DNA from: Tortispora ganteri
Lineage: Eukaryota
Assembly (NCBI GenBank): GCA_003707115.1
Contig: PPNB01000018.1
Coordinates: 1 to 64,000, forward strand
Reading direction: 5' to 3'
DNA: 64,000 bases
The first letter of the stretch is position 1, and each line of letters opens with the position of its first letter. Positions 20,143 to 31,377 of the stretch are shown in pieces. The translations under genes and the position numbers were made by a program. The notes under the pieces were generated by a model. That model made no database searches. It had not been told where the DNA came from and was given only the letters and a program-made list of their open reading frames with translations.

Positions 20143-23055
20143 ATGGCTTTACCGTCTGCCAATACCCCCGAGCTTTATCTCGACATGCCTCAGTCTCTTC
20201 AGAAACAGAGATACCAGCGACAACCACAGAAGGCGGCTTTTTCACAGCCATTGCAACCCCATCCTATACATCACCAGCACCCGCATCACTCACACCCGTA
20301 CCACCCTTCGCAGCATCCTCAAAATCAGTCACGGAACCCTGCGAACCCGCCACCGCGTCACGTTCAGCCCCCGATAAACAACACACAATATACTCCTTCA
20401 CAGCATCGATATATCCAGCAAAGACAGCAACCTCCAATTCGGCAAATGCCCGTAGGCACCTCACAGCCTCGACACTACTCTCCAGTTCACACCACTGCCC
20501 CTCACTACGCCGAACCCCCCTTGCATCAGCTCGATTCACGCCCCCCAGTCCAATCTATTTACGATGTATATCCTGATCCGCAAATAGCTACACCGCGCGA
20601 AGCGCACCCACAACCTCAATACCGTTTGGCAGATGCTGCTCCGGCTCCATTAGCTTCGCCCGATATGCATCAGGCTCAGCAGCAACCGCAATCTCGACGC
20701 CCAAAACTTTTCCCAGTTCGGACTGATTATTACCAATCAAATAATATTCCACATGGCAACTACCATGACAGTGTCTCTCCAAAGACTGTCTTGACGGCTG
20801 ATGGTCACCAAACTCTCGCAATAGAGGCGCAAAGCTCTCGATCGCCAGATAGAACGTCTTACTCACCTAAAGTAATTCATCCTACGGTGTCCAATGTATC
20901 GCATGTCAGCACTGCCCATTCAAATTTATCTAGTACCGGCTACAGCAGCCATCAGACCAACTATACCGAAGCAAAAACTTCTACTTCCTCTTCTATGCTG
21001 CCCCCGGAGGATATACTACACCCACAGAATATACCAGCCATGCAACCGCTGCCGCCCCCCTCTCCAATTTCGCCTGAACATTCCCCTTCTGATTTATCTC
21101 CGTCATCGTCTAGTCCTCGGTTTTTGTCGCGCATCTCGAAGTTGCGCATAGGCTCTCGAAGATCGCAAGCCTCGAATGATGCCATAAACAGCATATCACG
21201 TGCGTCATCTCCGACTTCGAGACCTGGGTCCAGCTTCAGTCGCGCATCTGCTCGTGTATTTGGCAAAAAAAGCTCTAAGGTAGACATGCAAGTGGAAGTA
21301 TCTCGTAAAGTGGAATTTAATCGTCAAGGGCTGCTTCCACCTCTTGACCTCGCTGTGACTCCGTCATCTGCAACTCCGCTCTTCGACCCACAATATTTGA
21401 GTTCCCCGAAAGTGTACAAATTTGAAGGTAAAGCAGTCGCAGACAAGGACTTTCGCAATACAAAACACCCTATTAAAAGCGCAAAACTTGCTCCACTTGA
21501 TTCGCTTTGCGTTCCTAAGAAACCTGTTCTATCGAGTGCATTTGCAAATATTAATTTCATTTCACCATATGAGACACAGGAAATTAAGTCATATGATATG
21601 GTTTATTTTTATGGTGCGCAAGAAGCTAAGAGCAAGAAAGTTATGACTAAATCTGCTAATGGCAACGGTGCCGAAAACATTTTTGATGATGAAGCCGGTG
21701 ATTATATTCTTAAAGCAGGCGATCATTTAGCATATCGTTACGAAATTGTGGAAGTTCTAGGTAAAGGAAGTTTTGGATTAGTCGTTCGTTGTATTGACCA
21801 CAAGCTTGGTACAAGTGTTGCGGTAAAAATTATTCGAAATAGAAAGCATTTCAGGTCACAAGCGAATGTGGAGGTGAAAATTCTCCAACAAATTATGGAA
21901 TGGGATCCTAATGACGAGTATCATTTTGTTCGTTTGATTGATCATTTTTATTTTAGAGGACATCTGTGCATTGTCACAGAACTTCTTGGCTACAACCTTT
22001 TTGAGTATATTCGTTTTAACTCATTTTCACAAATGCCTCTTACAATAGTCCGTTCAGTTGCTTACCAGACTCTGAAATCATTAGAGCTTTTGCACTCCAA
22101 GTCTGTAATACACTGTGATCTAAAACCGGAAAATATCCTTCTAAATGATACCAACGATTTAATTGTGAAAACCATTGATTTCGGTTCCTCTTGCTTTGTT
22201 CACGAACGAGTATACACATATATTCAGTCTCGGTTTTATCGTGCACCTGAGGTTATTTTAAGTGTTCCGTACGGTACTCCTATCGATATGTGGAGTTTGG
22301 CCTGCATTTTAGTGGAGCTGCATACTGGCACACCAATTTTCCCGGGTGAGAACGAACAACAGCAACTGAATTGCATGATGGAGTTGTTAGGGCCTCCTTC
22401 GCCGAAATTGTTAGCAAAATGTCCACGACGATCACTTTTCTTCGATAACTATGGTCGCCCATTCCGGGTGGTTTCATCTAACGGTAAAGTGCGAAATCCC
22501 GGAAGTCGATCATTTAGCCATGCACTTCAATCTAATGACATGGCGTTTCTTGATTTTATAGCGAAATGTTTCTTTTGGAATCCTACATCTCGTCTTACTG
22601 CACAGCAAGCACTTCAGCATGATTTTATAACTGGTAAGAATACAATAAATCCGCAAACGCTTGCTCCTATTGTCCGTCCCTATGTTGGGCATAAATTTTC
22701 AGCTACAAAGGCAGCATCTGTGTCTACTGCCCGTGCTCAGCAAAATAATAATACCAAATTGCATTCGCGGACGCATCAACATGGACAGGATACATTACCT
22801 ACTGTTATACAAACTCAAAAGCGGATATCTATTACTGAAAGTCAAACGGCGCAGTCAGTAACAGACAGATCGGTCAAAACGAAGAGAGTTCCGAGTTATT
22901 CTGAATCGAAACCGATGCCTCCTCCATCCAGTGGTGCTAATGCTCGAGCACCATTATCTGGAAAGCCTAGGAAACCAGCTGGTAGTTCAAACTCTAGTAA
23001 CAGCAAGCAATCGATCCAGTTTGCTGCTGCTGCTGCGGCGATGCGTATGCATTAA
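20143..23055 (+). CDS. DYRK-family dual-specificity kinase, class 2 (Pom1/Ppk15/DYRK2-like)
   Basis: DH box FDDEAGDY..GDHLAYRYE, HCDLKPEN, IDFGSSC..VYTYIQSRFYRAPE. Long disordered N-terminus. Confidence 0.9.
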   Translation: MALPSANTPELYLDMPQSLQKQRYQRQPQKAAFSQPLQPHPIHHQHPHHSHPYHPSQHPQNQSRNPANPPPRHVQPPINNTQYTPSQHRYIQQRQQPPIRQMPVGTSQPRHYSPVHTTAPHYAEPPLHQLDSRPPVQSIYDVYPDPQIATPREAHPQPQYRLADAAPAPLASPDMHQAQQQPQSRRPKLFPVRTDYYQSNNIPHGNYHDSVSPKTVLTADGHQTLAIEAQSSRSPDRTSYSPKVIHPTVSNVSHVSTAHSNLSSTGYSSHQTNYTEAKTSTSSSMLPPEDILHPQNIPAMQPLPPPSPISPEHSPSDLSPSSSSPRFLSRISKLRIGSRRSQASNDAINSISRASSPTSRPGSSFSRASARVFGKKSSKVDMQVEVSRKVEFNRQGLLPPLDLAVTPSSATPLFDPQYLSSPKVYKFEGKAVADKDFRNTKHPIKSAKLAPLDSLCVPKKPVLSSAFANINFISPYETQEIKSYDMVYFYGAQEAKSKKVMTKSANGNGAENIFDDEAGDYILKAGDHLAYRYEIVEVLGKGSFGLVVRCIDHKLGTSVAVKIIRNRKHFRSQANVEVKILQQIMEWDPNDEYHFVRLIDHFYFRGHLCIVTELLGYNLFEYIRFNSFSQMPLTIVRSVAYQTLKSLELLHSKSVIHCDLKPENILLNDTNDLIVKTIDFGSSCFVHERVYTYIQSRFYRAPEVILSVPYGTPIDMWSLACILVELHTGTPIFPGENEQQQLNCMMELLGPPSPKLLAKCPRRSLFFDNYGRPFRVVSSNGKVRNPGSRSFSHALQSNDMAFLDFIAKCFFWNPTSRLTAQQALQHDFITGKNTINPQTLAPIVRPYVGHKFSATKAASVSTARAQQNNNTKLHSRTHQHGQDTLPTVIQTQKRISITESQTAQSVTDRSVKTKRVPSYSESKPMPPPSSGANARAPLSGKPRKPAGSSNSSNSKQSIQFAAAAAAMRMH

Positions 23056-23183
23056 TATGAGACACCATGAAGAATTCTGGCTCTATTGTTGCGTTAAACA
23101 CAATAGATAAGATATAAGGAATACTAACATAATAATGAAATGACATGATGCATATACTAGTACAACACTGAACTACACAGCTT

Positions 23184-24986
23184 TTAGACTGAACTATCGA
23201 GTGATTTGTGATCCTCCTCATGTTCGTAGAGGTAAACCGGTGGCGGTTTAGGGATATCACGTCTGAGAATGTAACGCTCGAAGTTTCGAGGCAAGAATTT
23301 GAGCTGATATTTGACAAACTTGTGATGTGGAACAGAGAATACCTGGTCGAGTTCTTCTAAAGTGAGACCTTTTGTTTCAGGCATTAGGAAGAATACCATA
23401 ACCCAGCCCGCCATGTTCCATGCGGCATACCATCCGAAAGCGCCTTGAGGCTTGAATGCGTCTAGTAATGAAGGCCAGGTCAGTGCCAGAATGAAGTTGA
23501 AACCCCAAGTGGTTGCGGTAGCCATGGACATACCGAAATCACGAACAGAAAGTGGGTATGCTTCGGCGGAGTAAGTGAATGGTACAGGGCCCTCACCTGG
23601 AGAATAAAATATTGTGAAGATGTAAACACCGAGGGCAACACAAGCAAGTCTTGCCTTTTCGCTAGGGATCCAAAAACTGAAACCGGTGAATAGAAGAGAT
23701 AATGCGAGGAAGGGAAAGGTAAGCAGAAGTAGAGCTCGCCTTCCAAATGTGTCAATAGTATATACAGCAGGCAGAGCAAAGATGAAGTTGAGCATACCAA
23801 AACCCCATGATGCAAGGAGAGCCTGTTTTTCAGAGAAATTATATTTTAAGAAAATATTAGACGAATAGTAGGCGATAACGTTAACGCCACAAAATTGTTG
23901 CATAAACATGACAAGTTCAGAGGCAATGAATGCACGTCTATTTCTAGGCTTTCTGATGATATCCTTTAGGGGGAATCTGCTGGACTTTATTTGGCTAGAG
24001 ATATCAAGGAGCTCTGTCATATAGTAGAGATCGCGAGCGGCCAGAATCTTATGGTTTCTCAATCTGAGTAAAGAGTCGTACGCGTCGCTATAGCGGCCTT
24101 TAGTCAGGTACCAACGAGGAGATTCCGGGACGAGGTAGACCTGGATACAGACAAAAATAGGAGCGACGACGGTAGATCCAAGCATGAGACGCCATGCGAG
24201 GTTTTCGGAGATATTTTTGGTGGGCATAAATATGAGCGAGACGACGAAACCGAGCATGATGCCGAAAGCGGTCCACATTTGCCACATCATGACCAGAGCA
24301 CCGCGAATAGATGAGGGACTGGTTTCTGCGGCAAAGACGGGCACAGTAGCTGATTTAGGGCCAATACCGAGACCAAGGACAAGACGAGCTGCGAGGAGTT
24401 GACCCCAACTGTAGGTGAAACCTTCCCAAATAGAAGCGAGTCCGGCAATAACGCAAGACCAGAAGATGACACCGCGTCTACCAAGCCAGCGGTTAAGCGG
24501 ATCAGTAAGGAAGCATCCAAGAGTGGCGCAACAGAGGTAGGGAGCTCCGTTAACAAGACCAGTGATCCAAGTGTTGTTTTCGATACCAAAATGTGGTAGG
24601 TAGAAAATTTGAGCGCCATTGACTACTGTCTCATCCATACCTTGTACTACTGCGCACATGGCACACATGACGGTGAGGTAGTAGAGCGTTTTAGGCTGTT
24701 TCCATTTATGGTGAATTTCATCTTCCAGGGCGATGATCTCGTCGTCATCGAGACCTTCGCGGTATGATGGATCCCTGGCGACAAGGGCGCCCTTAACGAA
24801 AGTGTCCTGATCTTCTGTGAAGTTGTGCTTGACAGTCCAGGCTTTAACGCGATCTGTAAGCTCTGACCGTGTATATTGCTTTAGAGGGTTGTCTAAGACG
24901 TTATAGAGACTAGTCGATTTGGACTCTTCATGCGTGTAATTTATAGAGTCCTTAGACGTTGTAGCGTCGCGATCAGTCTTCTCCAT
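23184..24986 (-). CDS. MFS sugar porter, probable polyol/pentose-proton symporter subfamily
   Basis: 12-TM pattern, VQGMDETVVNGAQ, GRRG, PESPRW, QQFCGVN, PETKG. Substrate is inferred only. Confidence 0.88.
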   Translation of the reverse strand: MEKTDRDATTSKDSINYTHEESKSTSLYNVLDNPLKQYTRSELTDRVKAWTVKHNFTEDQDTFVKGALVARDPSYREGLDDDEIIALEDEIHHKWKQPKTLYYLTVMCAMCAVVQGMDETVVNGAQIFYLPHFGIENNTWITGLVNGAPYLCCATLGCFLTDPLNRWLGRRGVIFWSCVIAGLASIWEGFTYSWGQLLAARLVLGLGIGPKSATVPVFAAETSPSSIRGALVMMWQMWTAFGIMLGFVVSLIFMPTKNISENLAWRLMLGSTVVAPIFVCIQVYLVPESPRWYLTKGRYSDAYDSLLRLRNHKILAARDLYYMTELLDISSQIKSSRFPLKDIIRKPRNRRAFIASELVMFMQQFCGVNVIAYYSSNIFLKYNFSEKQALLASWGFGMLNFIFALPAVYTIDTFGRRALLLLTFPFLALSLLFTGFSFWIPSEKARLACVALGVYIFTIFYSPGEGPVPFTYSAEAYPLSVRDFGMSMATATTWGFNFILALTWPSLLDAFKPQGAFGWYAAWNMAGWVMVFFLMPETKGLTLEELDQVFSVPHHKFVKYQLKFLPRNFERYILRRDIPKPPPVYLYEHEEDHKSLDSSV

Positions 24987-25162
24987 GGTGTAGTATATGT
25001 GAGAACTGAAATTGAGGAAATGTGGGGAAAGCGGCCAAACGAGCCCTGTTTTTATATAGATATAACATTCTCGGTGCCGTACCTTAAATATAGGGCTGTT
25101 GCGGAGTAATACTGGGGCAGGAAAAGTATGAATAAAAATAAAGTAATACTACCTTACCTTAT

Positions 25163-25190
25163 TAAGCGTTGCTAAGCGTTGCTAAGCGTT
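25163..25190 (+). repeat. 10-bp tandem repeat (TAAGCGTTGC)x2.8
   Basis: TAAGCGTTGC TAAGCGTTGC TAAGCGTT in the transporter promoter. Confidence 0.85.
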
Positions 25191-26136
25191 ATGAAATTTA
25201 TAGTTAGGGCAAAGGGCGTGGGGTGGTTACAAAATTAGCTAATATGATTGGTTCCCCTATCAGTTTAGTTTCGAAGTAAAGCAAATGCTAATTATTTTGA
25301 ATCCTCTTATTCGTTCAACTTAATACTAAGACGTCAAAAGTCAAATTTCAGCGTGTTGCCGAGCATTGATGCCCTTACCCTTTGAAATTTATCCGAAACA
25401 AATTGGTTGTTGTTGTCGGCAAAACAACAACGATATCCAGTGACATTTCCGGCTTAGTGATCGATATGTGATAAAATGTATAGGTAAGTGAACGAACTGC
25501 TGTTGCAGTAAACTCCGATGTGATTAGATAGTTTCACCCGATCTAATTTCAACGTGACAACGTTATGCCGTTTTACCGATACAAGCAAAGCGGTCAAACA
25601 GCTTAAAAGGAAAAGCTATGGTCCGGTGGTTTGTGTATGTTTAGTGAGTGTGTGTGTGTGTTAAATTCTAAACAACACCGAGAAGCCTATAATGCCAGAT
25701 AATGCAAAACCTTAATAGTGTTCTAGCGATAAATGTCCCTGGATCGTAACTGGCAGCGAAAAGAATGTTTGGCTGCGAAGTTCTGACGCTGTTTCAGTTT
25801 TAGCGGGTTTCGAAGGTTTGTCGATTCACGCCCACCCGTGAACCTTTAGCCACTGGATACTCATTAACGGGATTTCGCGTATCAGCCTAAAAGTCGCGTA
25901 GCGCGCCCGTCGCAGCATTAGTTTAACGTTAGACTTTAACTATACTGTGTGGCATGACGTCACAGTGGCGGTTGCCGAGTTCATGTGCACTCGGTTTTTT
26001 TTGTAAGAATGTATAGCGTAAGTAATATCATCCGAAAAAGAGAAAAAAGGAACGATAAAAACTATATTGTAGTCTTTTTGAGGTGTGGTTGCTATCGTGA
26101 GTGCATGAACGTTTGAACTACGGACTCGAGTGTATA

Positions 26137-27369
26137 TCAGGCACCGACCCTGAAACTCAAAATGTCGTTCTTGCCTGCATCGACAGTATCTTCTTCGCTC
26201 ACGCGTGTACCCCCAAGACCTTCAATGAATGCGATCGGCGTGTCCCCCATTACTCTCCGACATATATTTCCAACAGTTGTGCCCCTTTTGACTAGCAGAC
26301 AATCTGCGAAGACGGGCCCATCAGTGCTGCCATTTGAAAAGGTGTTGATGTTCCGTACAGGGTACACGGGAACGAGATCAATTGCATCGACAGCTGCTCG
26401 CAACGCCCGCGCAACACCAGTTGATCCAAATCGGTATAAGACAAGGTCGCGTACATTCTCAATACGTTCACGCAGTTTATCATCAAGTGGTTTTAGTTCC
26501 TCGTCATCTGGCAAATCATCTTTTGTGTCGAGGAACTCAGTACCCTCTTCATATTTCACGTAACGCTGTTTCACCAACTTACGAATAAATACTTCAGAAA
26601 TAGCCGACGTAAGTACTACTTTCTTCGGATCGTACTTGCGCGCAATCTTCGAGATATTCTTGTCGGCATCTGGATGATCAATCTTGTTTAACGCCAATAC
26701 AGTCGGGAACTTCTCGTCTGTGAACGCGTTTACGACCTGTTCAATTGTCTCGTCATCCCATTCTTCTAATGGAGTCTTCAATTTTAGCTTATCTAAACAT
26801 TTTGCCACCACATTCGCTGTGCTACCGTACCCTGAGAACTGGTTCTGTAATGTCTCTACAGCAGTCGACTTAGTGGCGGTATGTCGACGCTTGATTGACC
26901 CCCACCTTTCCTTCAAGTTTCCCTCTATCCACCGCACAATCTCACCACGAAGCCATTCAATGTCATTAATCGGGTCATATCCTCTAGTGTTCTTGCCTTC
27001 GGCGTCTGTCGTCCCCGAAACGTCAATAACGTGTATCAGCGCATCAGCATGCCGTAGGTCGTCCAGGAACTTGTTCCCTAGCCCGCGGCCCTGATGCGCA
27101 CCGGGAACCAGTCCAGCAACGTCAAGCAACATTACAGGCACAGACCGTACGCCGTTTCTGCACCCACCATAAGTCGGCTTGCATTTCTCTTGCTTACCTA
27201 CCCGTGCACACGCACACTCGATCTGCACATATCCTGTAGCTTTATTGGGGTCAATCGTCGTGAATGGAAACGCCCCCGTTTTAGCAGTAGCATCCGTTAA
27301 ACTGTTCAATGTCGTCGACTTACCGCTAGACGGCTTGCCTACCAGTCCTATCAGTGTTTCGCGTGCCAT
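26137..27369 (-). CDS. Obg-family GTPase, Ygr210c subfamily
   Basis: [30 protein letters not shown]-like C-terminus. Confidence 0.9.
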   Translation of the reverse strand: MARETLIGLVGKPSSGKSTTLNSLTDATAKTGAFPFTTIDPNKATGYVQIECACARVGKQEKCKPTYGGCRNGVRSVPVMLLDVAGLVPGAHQGRGLGNKFLDDLRHADALIHVIDVSGTTDAEGKNTRGYDPINDIEWLRGEIVRWIEGNLKERWGSIKRRHTATKSTAVETLQNQFSGYGSTANVVAKCLDKLKLKTPLEEWDDETIEQVVNAFTDEKFPTVLALNKIDHPDADKNISKIARKYDPKKVVLTSAISEVFIRKLVKQRYVKYEEGTEFLDTKDDLPDDEELKPLDDKLRERIENVRDLVLYRFGSTGVARALRAAVDAIDLVPVYPVRNINTFSNGSTDGPVFADCLLVKRGTTVGNICRRVMGDTPIAFIEGLGGTRVSEEDTVDAGKNDILSFRVGA

Positions 27370-27488
27370 TATATAGAGTGAAAGAAACTACTTCAAAAGA
27401 AAGATCTTGCATCTATCCGGCTGGGTGGTATATTTGCATAGCAACGGTAACAACTATTACAAACATCATAGGCTAGTATATACTTCGT

Positions 27489-29098
27489 CTAAGACGAAAT
27501 TACAGCTTTAATAATCTTCTCGGCCTCTTCGAGGTCGTCATCCGGAATCCGCAGCATCGGCCGGCCAAAATATTTCTCAATGGCCATGAGTTGCTCTAGA
27601 GAAGTTTGGTCATGCACGAATGTGATCGACACTCCAACGCGGCCAAACCGGCCCGTGCGTCCAATGCGGTGCAGGTACGTCTCTGGGTCCGGCTGGTTGT
27701 CGGCCGTCGTCGGAACATCGTAGTTAATAACCATAGACACAGATGAAACGTCAATGCCGCGTGCCAGCACGTTCGTCGATATTAGTACCTTGGACTTGCC
27801 GGTACGGAAATCGTCGATTACTTTGTCGCGGTCGGCAGGTTCTAGCTCCGAATGTAGCAGAGACACCAAATGCCCATCTTCAGTCAAACGTTTCTGTATT
27901 TCATTAGCCGTAGCACGAGTCCGGCAGAAAATGATAGACGATCCGATAGTCATCAGCCCGTACAAGTTCAGCAGCGCCTCGTATCGCGCATTGTCGCCAG
28001 GACAGTCCCAGTATAGCTGCTTGATTCCATCCACAGATAGTTCCTCCTGCTTGAGCGTGATTTGATTCGCATTAGGAGCTAATTTTACTGCGAACTCGCG
28101 TACTTTATCTGTATAAGTAGCCGAAAAGAGTACTATTTGACACGTCTTGGGCACCCGAAGACGGATTCTGACACATTGATCGCCTAGTCCTTGCATATCA
28201 AGCATATTATCTGCTTCATCTAATACAAACACTTTAATGCGGTCAGTTTGGATCATTTTGCGCTTTATAAGGTTGGAAACTGTTCCCGGAGTGCCTACGA
28301 TGATTTGCTGATCAAATTTGGCATCTTTCTCGTAGCCCTGAGGAATAGCATACCCTACCGATATATTAGTATATTTGCCCATAAGATTGACAACATCAAT
28401 AATCTGGCGGGCGAGTTCTCGGGCGGGGGCTAGGCAGATAGCCTGTGGCGCAGCCACTGTTGGGTCGACACGAGATAACATGGTCAGCACAAAGGCAGCG
28501 GTTTTGCCGGTACCAGACTGACTCTGGGCAATCATATTAGTAGGCGGGTCGTTAAGAAGCAACGGTAATGCACGTTCCTGGACTTTAGATGGTTTCTCGA
28601 ACTTCATGGCGTAGATGCCTTTCAAGAGATCACTCGATAATCCCAACTCTTCAAACGAATGTACAGAATAGAGCGGTGAATTAGCGTCTGCCTGTTGATC
28701 ACTGAGACTCACTTGTACGTCGTTTTGGTTCTGGACCAAATTATTCAATGGTTTGTTATCAGGATGTTCTTCTGATCGCGCCGCTGTAGCGCCCGGTGAT
28801 CCAGACAAAGGAGCATTCGGCTGCAGTCTGCTAGCGAGCGGGTTGGAAACTTTTATTGGGGCGCTTGCAGGCACAGATTCATCAATATCTTCAAAATCGT
28901 CGTCGTCTAAATCGGCCCAGTTAGTGCTTTCGTTGATGTTTACATTCTCTAGCTTCTCTGAGAGGTCCTGTGCGGCGCTTAGCGACTTCTTTGTCAGTGT
29001 TCCTTTAAGTCCATTGCCGAGCTTCAGAGCAGCTAATATTGTTAGTAATTTAGTTATATATCATTGATATCAATATACTTACTCTCTTCCTCAGCCAT
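27489..29098 (-). CDS. DBP5: DEAD-box mRNA export helicase Dbp5 (2 exons)
   Basis: Exon 1 29098-29083, intron 29082-29033 (GTAAGT..TACTAAC..TAG), exon 2 29032-27489. AQSQSGTGKT, DEADNML, SAT, HRIGRTGRFG. Confidence 0.95.
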
Positions 29099-29383
29099 AT
29101 CTCTTGATTGCAGGCTCTCTGTGGAGGTATGTGAATCTAAAGTCGCAAATCGTTAATCGTGAATGGGTATTTGTTTGTCGATAGAAAAAAGGATGCTGAG
29201 TTGAGTGTTGCTATGGCTACCATAGTATAATGATAATATGATTGGACACTAAGCGGGGTGAGGGAGACAACGACAAGGGGAGGGGTCCTAGTACTACGAC
29301 AGCTAGTGCGACTGTCAAATAGAAGCATTGTTGAAGGGGTTAGTAATTCAAATAGTGATTAAACATTGGTTAAATTAACATCA

Positions 29384-31309
29384 ATGGCTTCAGAAGAAGT
29401 ATCATTTGGTGCGGACCTGTTTGATGGATTCAAGCCCGTGAACAAGTGGATTGGGCACCATATTACTTGGTTAGACGATGTACAATCGTTTTATCGTGAG
29501 CGGTCGGCATTAGAAAAAGAATACGCACAAAAATTAGGTGGACTGGCTAAAAAGTATATAGAGAAAAAAGTCAAACGGTCGCCTGTACTGTCAGTGGGCG
29601 AAAACCCGACGACAACTCCTGGTAGTTTGGAGAGTGCTTCGATGGTTACTTGGAATGAGATTCTGTTGCGTACGGAGAATATCGCTAAAGAACATGACCG
29701 TTTATCGACGGAGTTTCAACTACAGGTGGCAGATCAGATAAGAGGGTTTGCGGTGCGGCACGAAGACTACCGTAAGATGTACGAGATGTATTACGATAAG
29801 TTGGTAGAAGAGCGAGACGATTTTTATCATATACTGAAAAAGGCGAAGAGCAGCTACGACGCTGCCTGCCAGTCTACTGAGAACGCGCGGTCGAAGCAGT
29901 CGCGCTCATTTGATCTGAACAAGAGCAAGACTGCCAAAAGCTTAGAGAAGGCCAAGGCTGAGATGAACAACCAGAAGAACAACTACCTAATCTGGCTTAA
30001 TATCTGCAACCGCATAAAAGACAAGTACTATTATATTGACTTGCCGACACTACTAAATGAGATGCAGGATTTCAGCGAGAACCGTGTACGCAGAGTCAAC
30101 AAATTCTGGAAGACGGCGGATGCGCTAGAAGTGTCTTGCCTTGACAGGTGCAAAGGCCATATTGCGAAAGCTGACGAAATGATAGACAGGAATGAGCCAT
30201 GGCTTGATTCGGCAATGTTCTCTAAACATAATACGGGGACTTGGAACGAGCCACCAGATTTCGTGTACGAGCCTAGTCCGATCTGGCACGAAGACGAGGA
30301 GATGGTCGTGGATGACGGGTCAAAGGTGATACTACGCAACCGCGTGTCGAACTCATACAAGCGGTTAGAGGACCTGCGTGCAAAGATATCTGATAGCCGT
30401 GCGAATATTGATACTCTCAAAGAGAAGAAGCAGAAGTGTCTAGAAGATCCTAAAGCCGGGTCATACGAGGAGACACTGAACCGGATCATCACGACGCAGA
30501 CAGGGCTAATTAAAGTGGACAATCAACGAGTATCGGCAGAGGTGGAGATTGAAGTTGTCGAGATGGCGGTGGGCGACATTGCGCAGGGAACGCACCCACA
30601 CAGTTTTAAGACGAAATCGTTTACGGTGCCGACGAGCTGTGATTTCTGTAAAGACATGATATGGGGTCTGAACCGTCATGGGCTTACATGCGAAGCGTGT
30701 AAGATCAACGTACACGGAAAATGCGAATTAAAAGTGGCGCCTTATTGTCCTGGCCAGAAAGTGAAACGGTCAAAGAAAGGCATGCAAGAGTTGAGCGGTG
30801 GAGATGATCTTGTTACAGCGCCTGCTATTGGTAGTAGCATGGGCAGCGGTGTAGGCGGCACTCAAGGCCGTGTGCGGGCGATCTATGCATACACGGCACA
30901 AGGTCCGGGCGAGCTAAGCATGAAGGACGGTGATCTACTGACTATTGTAGACGATGACGATGGAAGTGGGTGGATTGTTGTGACTAATGGTAAGAAAGAA
31001 GGAGTAGTGCCGTCGACGTATGTGAAACGAATTGGGCAAACGGCACGGTCATTGAGCATATCGTCTTCAATTGATACACAAAGTTCAGGAAAGAAGAAAG
31101 GACCTGCAGTGGCACCGCGACGTGGTGCGAAGAAGTTGCGGCATGCAATTGCATTGTATGACTACAATCCGCGTACTGAACTTGAATTGGCGATCCGAGC
31201 GGGTGACAGGATTGTAGTTATTGGAGAAGATATGGGTGACGGATGGACGGAAGGAGAGCTTAACGGAAAAACAGGCAGTTTTCCAACGAATTATGTCGAG
31301 TTTGAGTAG
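29384..31309 (+). CDS. BZZ1: F-BAR/C1/2xSH3 endocytic protein Bzz1
   Basis: FYRERSALEKEYAQKL, LSVGENPTTTPGSLESAS, a C1 domain, two SH3 domains. First ATG is 29384. Confidence 0.93.
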   Translation: MASEEVSFGADLFDGFKPVNKWIGHHITWLDDVQSFYRERSALEKEYAQKLGGLAKKYIEKKVKRSPVLSVGENPTTTPGSLESASMVTWNEILLRTENIAKEHDRLSTEFQLQVADQIRGFAVRHEDYRKMYEMYYDKLVEERDDFYHILKKAKSSYDAACQSTENARSKQSRSFDLNKSKTAKSLEKAKAEMNNQKNNYLIWLNICNRIKDKYYYIDLPTLLNEMQDFSENRVRRVNKFWKTADALEVSCLDRCKGHIAKADEMIDRNEPWLDSAMFSKHNTGTWNEPPDFVYEPSPIWHEDEEMVVDDGSKVILRNRVSNSYKRLEDLRAKISDSRANIDTLKEKKQKCLEDPKAGSYEETLNRIITTQTGLIKVDNQRVSAEVEIEVVEMAVGDIAQGTHPHSFKTKSFTVPTSCDFCKDMIWGLNRHGLTCEACKINVHGKCELKVAPYCPGQKVKRSKKGMQELSGGDDLVTAPAIGSSMGSGVGGTQGRVRAIYAYTAQGPGELSMKDGDLLTIVDDDDGSGWIVVTNGKKEGVVPSTYVKRIGQTARSLSISSSIDTQSSGKKKGPAVAPRRGAKKLRHAIALYDYNPRTELELAIRAGDRIVVIGEDMGDGWTEGELNGKTGSFPTNYVEFE

Positions 31310-31377
31310 ATATTTTGATGTCTCAAGTATCATTGGGAGGCCTGGCTGAACCTACCACACTAACGTAGACTTCGACA

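Noticed and set aside
19841..20377. 178-aa ORF overlapping the DYRK kinase start
   Set aside because: Translation of a pyrimidine-rich promoter/leader in another frame. No family features, and the ATG is probably upstream of the TSS.
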